A stretch of DNA of 64,000 bases from Epithemia pelagica (taxonomy: Eukaryota > Protista > Bacillariophyta): assembly GCA_946965045.2 (NCBI GenBank), contig OX337242.1:1612001-1676000 (forward strand). Reading direction: 5' to 3'. Both the position numbers and the translations under genes were made by a program. Within the stretch, counting starts at the first letter, position 1. The number at the start of each line of letters is the position of its first letter. Below are positions 32,342 to 43,905 of this stretch, in pieces. Under the pieces are notes generated by a model. The model made no database searches. It was not told the origin of the DNA and saw only the letters and a list, made by a program, of their open reading frames with translations.

Positions 32342-35300
32342 ATGGCAAGGCCAAAACGACAGGGAAATAAACCGGAGGATGTAAGATGGGTGGACTTTCT
32401 TGTGGAGCGGCATGACTATGCACACGCAGTGTTTTGGTATTTCATTTTGGGATTCCTTCATGAGCTCGTTCACTGGATCGTCGCTGCTCTCTGCTTCCCT
32501 CCAAATGATGCAGTGCTACGACAGGCATTCACTCCAAGCTTTTGGTATAACTTGTTAATAGGTCGGAAACTTGAGATTACTGCAGTCGATCATGATGACA
32601 TGTTCCCAATTCCTTCGATCATGATGGTTCGACATGCAGGGTGGATTGCTAGCTTGATGATCGCAATATGGGTGGAAAGATCCTACAAGAGATCCAGCAA
32701 CAAGTCTTCCATCCCTCAAGGGAGAATGTGCTCACTTCGATGGGCGGCGTGGATCACTGCAATCGAGGCACTGTCAACGGATTTGTTCCAGTTCGAGCCT
32801 GTTCCTACAATATTCGGGTTTTCTGGGGGGAGCAACGACACTCATCAAGGACAAGAGGACAATACCTTGTTGTTCTATTGTGGTAATTTTGGAATGATCT
32901 TGCTGCATCATGTTTGGTGGACCAATGAATATTCCAACTTATCGCTGGACATGCTTGAGAAAATGATTCAGGTTACCATGATGCGTGGCGCTCAGTCTGG
33001 TGGTGTGATTTGTTTCCATCCGACAAAAGACCGCTATAAAGAGAATGATGGCCGTTACTTGGTCCAGGCCACTCGCACTCGAATATTGAACATGAAACGT
33101 ACGGATTTAAGTGTCCTGTTACGTCGCAAGGTTTACCGAGACAATTGCCGGTTTCGACGGTCCTTCCCCAACGACTTTATCCCCCTCTATATGGGCCATA
33201 CTCGCTTTGCGACTTCCAGTAAAGCGACGCTGGAAGGGACGCATCCTCATTTATGGACACCCCCTTCTCCTCGACGGGTATACAACATGGTCAACACGCT
33301 GGCTAACAACAATGATTCACCAGAAAATAGCAGTTTGACGAATATCAAAAGTAGAGAACCGCGATCGGTTCTGGTCGAAAACTATGTCACACACAATGGT
33401 GACTTTGATTTTTACCGAGTTAATGGCAAAGCCTACGGGTTGGAGTTGATTCAAAAATGGCTGGTCCGAGTATTGCACCATCCCATGCCGTCGGCAGTGG
33501 ACTCGAATGCTATTGCTGGCGTGTTTGACATTTTGCGGACGCAAGGGTGTTTTGGCTTGAGTGCGAGATATGCCATTTGCATAGATTTGCCAACCTCACA
33601 CATCGATGAAGGTGGTCGCAATTCGTACAAGCCATTCCCTACGTACCGGCAATTTGAAAAGATTGGACTTGTCTTTGAAGATGTTTTGAGAGAAATCCTC
33701 AAGAGCACGCCCTTGTCCGTCCTCGATGAAACTCCTCACTTGAGAGAGGACTTTGCCTGGCGAGTTGTGAGCCAGCTGGCTCCTCGCCAATCAGAACTCA
33801 TGGGCCCAGCACTGTCTCGCTATGTTCACGATGGCGAAGACGGTGCGTCCCTCTTTGCCTTTTGTGCATCCACGATAGGTGCCTTTTTCGACAATGATTT
33901 GTTTGAAGCCACAAAACTATTCATGGCGAATGCGATTGGTTCCTTTGGTCTGTGTGTCACGTCGTCGTTGGATGCCCAACGACAGATCTGCATGGCAGCG
34001 CGGGGACAAACCATGAGTGTAGCCTTTTACCCAAACAAGGGCGTGGTTCTCTATGGCTCGGAACAAGCGGCCGTCAAGGCTGGATTACGAGTTGCCTTTC
34101 CTTCCGGGAACCTCGAGATGGAACATTCATCACGAGATGTCGACAAAGATGCCTTGCGGCTGGATCTCGATGGTAAGTTTTGAAGTGGTTGGCGAGACGA
34201 CTGATGTCTTTTTTCATATACTGAACGTCCTTTTTGTTTCTTTCTGTGTCTGTTTCTGTTCAGATCTGGGCGGAGAGGTATTGCTCTTGGATTATTCGAA
34301 AAACCCAGGAGGGCAGACATCGCCTGTTTCCAAACCCAATCGACAATTGGCTCATCATGAACTTATGAATGGTAATGTCACTGTTGTGGTGTACAAAGAG
34401 TCCAAAGTCACAGCACAAGACCCTGAAATATATCATCGCATGATTCGGTTGTCACGGAACAAGTTTATCAAACCACTGCCCGATGACTCCAAAGATCTTA
34501 TACACAAAGATATCCAAGATATTCCCAGAGTGTGCACCAACATTCAGAATGATTGGCATTCCGATTTTGCGGCAACAAGTCTCAATCGTCTAACGGCCCA
34601 TACGCTTTCACGAGCACTTCGGAGATTACTCGATGCAAGAGTGCGCATGGAGCGAAGCTTTCGAGAAGTTGATATTCTATTAACGGGATGTGAGGTTTCG
34701 CTTTGGTTGGCGGAACAATTTGCAAGTGACCTTCAAAAGGCATTTCCTAAACTTGTGACCATGGCCGTCAGCAGCAACAAACTGCTGGGTCTTTACGGCC
34801 AAGATGTTGCTGTCCCGTCGGTGGGATTTCCGTATTCGCCTAAGACGTATGATCTTCATGATACCATTGTCATTATCGTCAGCCACAGTGGAGGCACCTT
34901 CGCACCCCTTTCATGTTGCAACTTACTCCAGAGTTCCACTCGAGAAATATTTGCCGTCACATCGGAATGGGACACCCAGATTGGTAAGCAGCTTCGTGCC
35001 ATGGACAACATGGATGGAATTGAACAGCTGTGTCACAGTCGAATATTCTCGACAGAAGTTGGCCTAAGACCGGCCGAACCATGCTCGGTAAGTTGGAAGG
35101 CGTTTTGTATCTCGTTACGTTTTGCATCGCGACGACGCTTGAAACATGTTCCTCATGCCTTTTGTCCCAGTTATCTGTGGTTGCGACACACCAACTATTG
35201 ACAAATCTATTTGAGTATATATCTGCTGTTGTCCTCAGTGACATGCGCTACCGTCACGTAACAGCGGCCACGATCTCAGAACAGGACTTGCAAATACTGG

Positions 35301-37413
35301 AGCGATGTAACAGAGAGAACTTACACGCGTTGAGTGAAATCGTAGGGATGGATCGAAGTGGAATGGAGCTGACTCACCATGACGTTGTGGAGAAAGATTT
35401 GCGAGCGGTAGGGAATTTGTGGGCAGATCACATTCTTGAAAATGTTCGCGCTTATATCATGAGCATTGCCTATATTCTGGGGACTGTACTATCCGGTTAT
35501 CCATTGGCATTCTCCATTGCATACTTCTGGGCAGGACTGGACAAGTCAAGTGATTGGATGTATTTGATACATACGGTTGATGCCTTCACTTACATATGGT
35601 TACCGCAAATCAACGTTTTCATTCTTCGATTACTACAAGGCCGAAATCTTCGTCATCGCATGGTCGCTCGTACAGTGGTAATTGGCGATATCCCGTGGGT
35701 TGCTCAAGCGGCAGAGGCATTCCTCTCCAAGATTTTCGCAGTCTCGTACAGCATTGCAGGTTTGAATGTGATCAGTGGGAATCCATCGGACCACTTTGTG
35801 CACCGACACACGCACCGAGTTGTACGAGGTACACTTTTTGTGTGTGGAAGACCAGACGGGAGACTTTCAGCGTTATCATCCGCAGAAGCTTCCGTTTGTT
35901 TGGCATTCAACCAGACATCGTCCATTCAGTCACACGGTGGTGTGTGCGAAAGTATTTCCATCGGGGTACGTAACTTGGGCGTGACCGCCATGATAATGAC
36001 CTTGAGAGTTGGACCCGAAATCTCACGCTGTTCTTTTAACTCATTCAGCACAATCCATTCCAACTTCCGTTGAGCGTGAAGTGCATTTTTCTCAAACGGA
36101 AACGACCTCTTTTTTTTTGCGAACGGCTGTTGTTGGAGTCAGATGCCGCCGCAGACAGACAGGCACATGATGAGAGTCGAAGCGAAGGCAAGCGAAAGAA
36201 TCTGCGGCGATTCTTTCGGGGCTTTGTCTACAAGCAACCAATTGATCACTTTGACCCATCACTTAGTCGTCACCGGGAATCCAGTGTTCGACCTCGGAAG
36301 GTGCGAGCACGCTCCGCTGCAGCTCTCCTGGGAAGCTTTCGGAATTTCCAAGAAGGCGAACTTGAGAACAACCAAGTTGGTAATGAAACATCTGAAGAGC
36401 AAGATGGAAGTGAAGAAATGTCCGTCGATGTGGTTGTGGCAGCAGCTATTGAAGATCGGAAATGGTCGGACCGTGTTCGTAATCTTTTTGAGGCATTTGA
36501 TTTAGATAATGATGGATTATTGAGAGAGGAAGAATATGTTCTTGGATGGAAGAGACTCCACACTGGAGACGTGAGCGAAGATGAGCTTCGTAGTCAGTTC
36601 CAAATTGCCGATGAGGACGGCACGGGGAGTTTGAATTATGCGGAATTCCACAAATTACTTATGAACAACTACGCCTGGGAATCAAGCCTGGTTAAAATCC
36701 CTCCTAGCCATCGCGACCGACGAGGGTTGATTCAGATAGAGCCATCGCGAGAAAAATACTTCGGGGAGATGCTCCGCAAGTACAACGCTGGGAAGTCCGG
36801 GCAAACGTTGAACTTCACACTGGCCAGAGGCCAAGAACAAGCAATGCTTCTGTATGAAAGTCGGATCGGTAGCCTACAAAGATTCGTTGCAATGGTCGTC
36901 TTGTTCCATGAAATGGGAAGGCGGGTAGAGCGTTTCTTCGCAAGAATTTCGTTTGGACTGCTAGCATACCGAATGGATCGCACTCATTCCATCATGCGAA
37001 TTGCGACAACGGCTACCCCGGTTAGTGGATCGGATGTTCGACAACAAATGCAACAGCTTCGATTGCTCAAACGAGTTAAACAGTCGGTTCGTGTGATTTC
37101 AAGGGCCTGGCTAAGCTACAAAGAACGGAAGAACGTGCATGATTTAGCGCGCAAAATATCATCCTCGAGAGAGAGACCAAGTCAAGAAGTTGAGGTACCT
37201 CGAAACGGTGACATTTCATCCTTTCATAGAGAAAATGGACAACGAAAGCTGAAGAATGGAATAAATGGAAGGTACAGAACGAATGGGCATGGAGACGATG
37301 ATTACCTTGAAGATGAAAGCCATGGGTCCGCTCGTGTGGTCGGCCGTGACGACAAACCAAGAAACGGAAATCGTCTTTATGGGGATTCATTAGACATTGG
37401 GTTCTTAACGTGA
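32342..37413 (+). CDS. GlmS/GFAT-like multidomain protein: TM region with HExxH, class II glutamine amidotransferase, SIS-like domains, two EF-hands; 4 exons (introns 34173-34263, 35088-35170, 35966-36048)
   Basis: LHELVH; CGNFG, RGAQSGG, GHTRFATSS, HPH, THNGDF (Ntn GATase); IIVSHSGGT (SIS); DLDNDGLLREEEY and DEDGTGSLNYAEF (EF-hands). Splicing restores one continuous frame. Confidence 0.8.
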
Positions 37414-37651
37414 GGAGTACCACCTTTAACCAGAAGGCAGCATGCCTCGATCTCTGAATATTTTCTAGACAACTCTGGGTTGACTTCGTCGTGAACAAGT
37501 CAAAACGTCCCTTTCGCGATACAGGGCGTGAAACCGAGGCTACTTTTGTTTATATTGGCTAAAATTATAATGTTTCATGTTCATGGTTTCATTTCTTGTT
37601 CAGCATAAAAATAGTGAATACATACACGTGGAATAAGAGATTGGAACCTTA

Positions 37652-39730
37652 CTAGTCCCCTTCATCACCATCTTCCTCGTCATCCTCGTCTTTATTTCTT
37701 TCAATCAATCCACCAAACATGTCCATTGTTTGTTTCACTTCTCTCTGAACACTTGATACGGAGTCTGAATGCATCCGTTCAATGGTTAAGTAGATCTTGT
37801 CTTTTAACTCTTCTTCGTTCTTTTCGCTGAGTTTCTCATATTTAATCAAAGCGTCGTTAACCAGATGAATCAGTTCGTCTAGTACAATCCATATTTTTTC
37901 CGGAAGGCCTTCCATCTTAGCAACGATAAGCTCTTTTGTATGATCAGCAAAGGTATCAAGAAAGTTGTCTCTTGTCTGTTTCAATGACGCCTTTGAAAGC
38001 TCAAATGATTCTTTGTCCGACAGGCTTTCTTGCAGGGAAGATCTGGCACGTGCTTTAAACGAAGCCGACAACAATCCTTTGGACAACGACTGACTTGTCG
38101 ATGTTGATTCCGCATCTTTGGCCTCTTCGTCTTGGCTGGTCAAAACTTTTGGCACGGCCGAAACAGCCTCGCTTGAGGTGGGCTTTGTCGTTGATTCAAT
38201 TCCCGTGAAGCTCTGTGTTTGATCCGTGGCCATTTCTTCCGTGTCTGTCGCATTATGTTTTAACGTCGAATTCAATGGAATGTCCTCCTCTGCATTTCTT
38301 TTCTCGTCGTATGGAAGCTCATTGGTCACAGTGGGGGAAATGTCCTTTTCAGTATTTTCCTGGGTGGTGTCTGTATCATTGTCAGTCAGGGGCTCACTTG
38401 ATGGGTTTTCAGCTTCGGTTTTGTCTGTCGCCTCCTCTTTATCTTTTTCTAGTTCAGCTTTGTCATTATTTGGGGTCTCACTTGTTTGAGCCTCAGCTTC
38501 GGTCACTTTTGCCTCATCCATTGTCTCCTCCTTTGCCTTCTCGTCGGTGATATCCATTGCCATGGTAGCAGCACATCCCCATCCAGGAGAATCTGCAACG
38601 GATGGGTCTGTGGTTGATTCCACAATGTCACCGGCAGAGGAATCGATATGAGCGTTTGTTGGTTCGGCAGTCTCCGTTTCACCCGTCATATTTTTTGTTG
38701 GTTCGCCACTCTCAAGTTCCGGTGACTTCTTCTGGTCATTTGGTTCGACAGCATTTTCCCCCTTTTTCTGTTCAACAGTTTCTACAACTTTTTCCTGTAC
38801 CTGATCATTCTTATCCTCGGACTTTGCCTCCATTTGTTCCAATGGATCTCGGTCATCCGACTGATTTGAATCTACTTGAAGCAATTTTAAATCTTGTTCT
38901 TCGTCTGGCCCTTGTGCTGCTTCGTCTTCATTCGAAAAGGAAACCTTTTTCATCGTTTTCACAATCGATGGTGCTACGGACGCTCCCACTGACTTATCCA
39001 GAGCATCACTGGCCCGTTTCTTGATGTTTTCTCGAGCAAGTTCAAACGATGGAAGTCCGTTTTCATCCAAGGTGGCTTCTACCTTGGAATGGGCCCGTTG
39101 GATCCCTTCATCAGTCTTGGCCTTGGCATGGAAAACCACTTCATCCACCTTTTCTTCAATCAAATCCTTGACATAGTCCTTTTGGTCTTCCATAATGGTC
39201 CGAATGTCGGCCGAGATGGTGGCCGCGATGGCTGCTTTGTCGCTGGTGGCACTCACATCGTGCGACAATGCCTGCACCAAGGCTTGAGTAAATTCATCTG
39301 AGGCAATACGTCGTAAAAAGGCAAACTTGTGTCGTTTCTTTTTTTTTGTATCGAAACGAAAGGTCAACAAGATGCCATTCGTATGATTCAAAATATCATG
39401 AACCACAACTGTGTTCGACACACGCTCCAGTCCTCCTTGAGAATTGGTCAAAAGTTTACTCAAAACTTCCAACCCAATCTTGACAATCTTGGACGAAACT
39501 CGATCATGAAGCTTTTTGAGGGCAACTTCCTTAAACTTGGCCTTTAATCTGGCTCGGCGTGCCTGCCTTCGTTCGTTCATTTGTGTCTTGTCCTTGGGTG
39601 GCTCGCAATGTCGCGACCAGTCTTCCAGTGCCTTCCATTGACCAGGATCCTCCCGTACCGCCTGAAGCCACTCTTTTCCATTCTTTTTAATGTCTCGAGC
39701 CTGCCGCAAGTTGCCATTCGAGTTGCCCAT
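37652..39730 (-). CDS. Hypothetical acidic coiled-coil protein with predicted N-myristoylation
   Basis: Start MGNSNG (Gly2); helical N- and C-terminal parts flank a long E/D/T/K-rich low-complexity region. Confidence 0.7.
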   Translation of the reverse strand: MGNSNGNLRQARDIKKNGKEWLQAVREDPGQWKALEDWSRHCEPPKDKTQMNERRQARRARLKAKFKEVALKKLHDRVSSKIVKIGLEVLSKLLTNSQGGLERVSNTVVVHDILNHTNGILLTFRFDTKKKKRHKFAFLRRIASDEFTQALVQALSHDVSATSDKAAIAATISADIRTIMEDQKDYVKDLIEEKVDEVVFHAKAKTDEGIQRAHSKVEATLDENGLPSFELARENIKKRASDALDKSVGASVAPSIVKTMKKVSFSNEDEAAQGPDEEQDLKLLQVDSNQSDDRDPLEQMEAKSEDKNDQVQEKVVETVEQKKGENAVEPNDQKKSPELESGEPTKNMTGETETAEPTNAHIDSSAGDIVESTTDPSVADSPGWGCAATMAMDITDEKAKEETMDEAKVTEAEAQTSETPNNDKAELEKDKEEATDKTEAENPSSEPLTDNDTDTTQENTEKDISPTVTNELPYDEKRNAEEDIPLNSTLKHNATDTEEMATDQTQSFTGIESTTKPTSSEAVSAVPKVLTSQDEEAKDAESTSTSQSLSKGLLSASFKARARSSLQESLSDKESFELSKASLKQTRDNFLDTFADHTKELIVAKMEGLPEKIWIVLDELIHLVNDALIKYEKLSEKNEEELKDKIYLTIERMHSDSVSSVQREVKQTMDMFGGLIERNKDEDDEEDGDEGD

Positions 39731-40086
39731 GGTCGTTTTCTTTCTCGTTTTTGTGGAAAATTGAAACAGAAGTTGCAGAAGCAAAAGACAGCAGTTAAAT
39801 CACTGTTAACTCTTTAATCCAAAAAGATTCAGCGAGTGCCGATCTTCAAGGTCCCGATTCACTGACCACGCTTCGCATTCTTCAGTTTTTCATCCACACA
39901 ATCCCTCCACACTCACAGACACGACAATGGCCTTCTCATTTTCGGAGCAGGGATTTCGGATCTGTTCCAAACGATGTATGAAAATGCAGTGAACAAGGAA
40001 GCCGACAAGATCAAGCAATAGCAGTTCACACTCCCCACAAACCATCACGCAACCATCTCGACAACTCGTGTTGTAGTTGTTGCTGT

Positions 40087-42535
40087 GTGTTGTCGTCCCA
40101 ACGCACGAAAAGACAAATGTCGGTTCAACCATCATGCGGTGGAAAGCCGCACAACAAGAGAGTTACCATCACTGCAGTTGAAGATGACGATGAAACCGCA
40201 GAAGACATTATTCCCGGGCCGGTCAATGGTCCAATCACGTCCCATCACAAAGATCGCTCTTCGGGAAGCAATAATAGCACATCCGGACACAGTCGACGGT
40301 CTGGTCTCATGGGGATCATTCGCAGTAGCAAGAGCAATAAACATCAACACCACCATCATCGACGATCCGAACGATCGGATCCGGGCGTTGATAGTGGTGT
40401 TGGAGGAAGCAGTAGTAAGGACGAGGATGACTTGCAACAGAGCGCAACTGGCTATCATTGGGCGGGAGAAGGAATATTGGCGTCTCGTAACGACTTGAAC
40501 TTGTCCATGGAAGAATTTGCCGCTGGATGCAATTTACTGCAAGCCGCCGCCCGAGGAGATACGGCCACTATGGAGCAACTCTTGGCTCAACATCCGGAAC
40601 ATGTAAATTTTCGAGACTATGATCGACGAACGGCCTTGCACGTTGCGGCATCGGAAGGTCATTTACATGTCTGCAAAATGTTGATGGAAAAGTATCATGC
40701 CCGTGTCAATAGAAGTGATCGATGGGGAGGTAGTCCCTTGGACGATGCTCATCGGCATCGTCAAAAGGCAGTCATCCAGTACCTCAGAGAAAAGGGAGCC
40801 ACGACTGGCTCTGGCAGTCGATCGACCAATCTCATTCAGGCGGCGGCCAATGGCGATTACGATGAAGTCAAACTCTTGTTGACGCAAATAGTGGACCACA
40901 CACAATCCACAACAACAAACGTCTCCACTAGTTCGAGGAGACAAAAGGATCAACCGAAGCTAGATCTCAACAAGGGAGATTATGACAAACGAACAGCACT
41001 ACATTTAGCGTACGTTGTCCACCAGCAAAGAATGACAAAACAACTTGGTTGCCCTCGTCAAAACTCACAGTGCTGTTCGCGGACTCTTTCTTCCTATTTC
41101 ATTCCTGCTCAGTGCAGGAGAGGGGCACGCCCAAATTGTTCAAATTCTGCTCGAGAAGGGCGCCGATCCCAATGTTTTGGATCGATGGGGTCGAGCACCC
41201 TTGGACGATGCCTTGGACGGAAATTATCAACAATGTGCGAGGTTGCTGCAAAGCAATGGCGCCATTCAAGGAGCCAATAATCGTTTGTCGTCCACTAAGG
41301 ATCTCGATAGTTCCAACAAACGTGCCATTAGCAACATGGAGATTGATTTCAAAGAATTGCACATGATTGATCGGATTGGAGCCGGCGCGTTTGGAGAGAT
41401 TTACAAATGTCGGTACGTACCACCTCCGTTTTGCGCGCGTTCGCTCCATCCATTCAACAACTCTGGTTCACCTTGGGTGCTCTATTTTTTTCACAATGCG
41501 ACTTGACAGGTGGCGAGGTACGCTGGTAGCGGCCAAGATCATCAAGACGGCCAAAATTCGTCATGATTGGTTGCAGTCCAAAGCATTGCAGAATATCAAG
41601 GAGGGAGGGGACGTGGATGATGCCATTCGCGACCTAGATGAAGCAGATTTGTCACAAACACAAAAAGAAATGGCCCTCACCGACTTTCGACAAGAGATTT
41701 CGGTGGTCAAGTCGCTCCGGCATCCAAATATCGTTTTGATGTTGGCCTATTCAACAACCGAACGCTACGAATGCCTTATATCCGAGCTGTGCAAATGCTC
41801 ACTCTTTGACGTGTTCAAGGCCCACAGTGTGCATGGAACGCGCATGGCCAAGAAAACCCAATATGTCTACGCGCAGCAATTGGCGCAGGGTATGAACTAT
41901 CTCCACAAGTGTCACCCTCCCATTATCCACCGTGATTTGAAACCGGCCAACCTGTTAATTGATCACTCGGGCATTCTAAAGATTAGTGATTTTGGGCTTT
42001 CCAAAGTTCGTCCCGATCCCGGTCAAATGGAAACAGACCTTTTCCAAATGACCGGCGAAACGGGATCGTATCGTTTTGTAAGTACACATGGAAAGGTCCC
42101 TACATATGATGATTCTAAACCAGACTCTCACAATGAACTTGGTTGTGTTTTGTATACATGAACGATCAGATGGCACCCGAAGTCTTTCGACACGAAAAGT
42201 ACAATGAAACAGTCGACATATATTCGTTCGCCATGATTCTCTTTTATCTACTGGTGGGCCGACCACCGTGGCCGACTCTTCCAGGCCACGAAGCGGTTCG
42301 CTTGGCGTCTGAAAAAGGGGATCGTCCCAACATTCCCCGTGATTTGGATGTCCGGTCCGTCAATCTCTTGAAGGAATGCTGGCATGAAGATCCAAGTGCC
42401 CGACCCTCCTTTCAAAAGATTCTCGATATCTTGCACGCCTACATGAAAGACGTGTTTCGATCGGATATAAACAATGTCGCCATTGCCAAGTCACCCGAAC
42501 TGAAAAAAGGAGCATGTAGCTGTGTGATTCTATGA
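40087..42535 (+). CDS. Ankyrin-repeat TKL-family protein kinase (copy 2), 4 exons (40087-41009, 41113-41412, 41510-42077, 42170-42535), no TM
   Basis: DYDRRTALHVAASEG, DRWGGSPLDDA, GAGAFG, VAAK, HRDLKPAN, DFG, MAPE; same intron positions as copies 1 and 3. Confidence 0.92.
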
Positions 42536-43905
42536 TGATGCTGGATCATGGAACAAGATGAAAATTCATTGACCACGCCCTCTAGAATAGGGCACGCAGT
42601 AGAGTGAAGATAGACACCAAGTGTGAGAATACATAGCCTACCCTCACAACCGATTGTGTGATTGGATCTGCACCATGTTGATCCTTCGTTCCGCCTCCTT
42701 TAGGTACAGTAGAAGCCCTGACTGAAATCCGAGTCGAGGGTTGCTGCCTGGCAGTAAGGTTTCCATTTGTAGTTTCTCCGGCTCGATTTCCAGTAAAGTT
42801 TCCATTATTTGTACTTTCTTCTGGCTCAATTTCTCTTCCATGAACAGGAACGCGTTGGAAATAGATTGGCAGCTGTTGGGATCGTGGTGTTGACATACTG
42901 ACAATTGTCAACATCGGTTTTTGTCGCTAGATAGGTAGTCCCCGTTTCGTATTGGATGGATAGCCTCAGCTGGGCGACCGCATCTTATGCGATCAGAATG
43001 TGCGACAATAACGCGACTGACTCTGATATCTGACGCGAACGCGTGCGTGTGGATGTGGGGTGTGCGTGGGGGGAAGTTGAGAAAGAAACCAAGAATAATT
43101 TATTTTGTTCGGAGTTCGGAAGCGTTCGGATTCCAATCCAGTCATCATGGCCCACGAGCGTGCCAAGCAAGGCCCAAACAGAAACCGAAATGAGTTGGTG
43201 TGCCATCTGTCGGAGAACGAGAACGAGTACGAGTAGATGCGATACAAGTAGTACGACAGTACGAGACACGCAAACGGACTTGCTGCTGGTGCTGTCTGTG
43301 TTGTGTCGTCTGCTCGTTCCAATTTTTTCAATTGGTGTTTTGATTGCGTCATGCGACATGGGACAGGTTGGCCATGCCACCTGGTTAACAGACACAGACA
43401 CAACAGTATAGTGAGTCAGTCCAGCCATCACCAATCACTAGTCGAGTCGGTCCCGCTGCGTTGCCTCTCTCTGCACCGCTCACCCAAAGCGAACAAATTC
43501 CAATTCTGCGAATCTATCGTCGCAACCACCTATCATTGCGTCCAATGAAAGGACTGAGTGTGGGATCTACTACCTCCAATCACATCTCTCACATTAAAAG
43601 CTTCCCTTATTATTGTTGGGGTACGTACTTGCCTTATCCATCATTTGCTTCCGCCACCCTCGCCATGTAAGTCTCTCCAAAATGGGAACCATTGTTGGAA
43701 ACCTTGGGAGAGATGAACGATGACTACCGTCGGCAGAAGGTATCTTGTTCTGTGTTCCACAAGGCGGTCTCGCAGAAAAATGCCGACGACTCTAATCACT
43801 CTGATTTATTTACTTTTCTTGCACTTGAGCAGATGAGTTGCTGATTTCCGGATGATCATATAAACAGAGGCTCGCGAGGCACCACGACAGTAAACTCTAA
43901 TAACC

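Noticed and set aside
42582-43434. Several overlapping 80-150 aa ORFs between kinase copies 2 and 3
   Set aside because: No domain, no consistent coding composition, and mutually overlapping on both strands; treated as intergenic.
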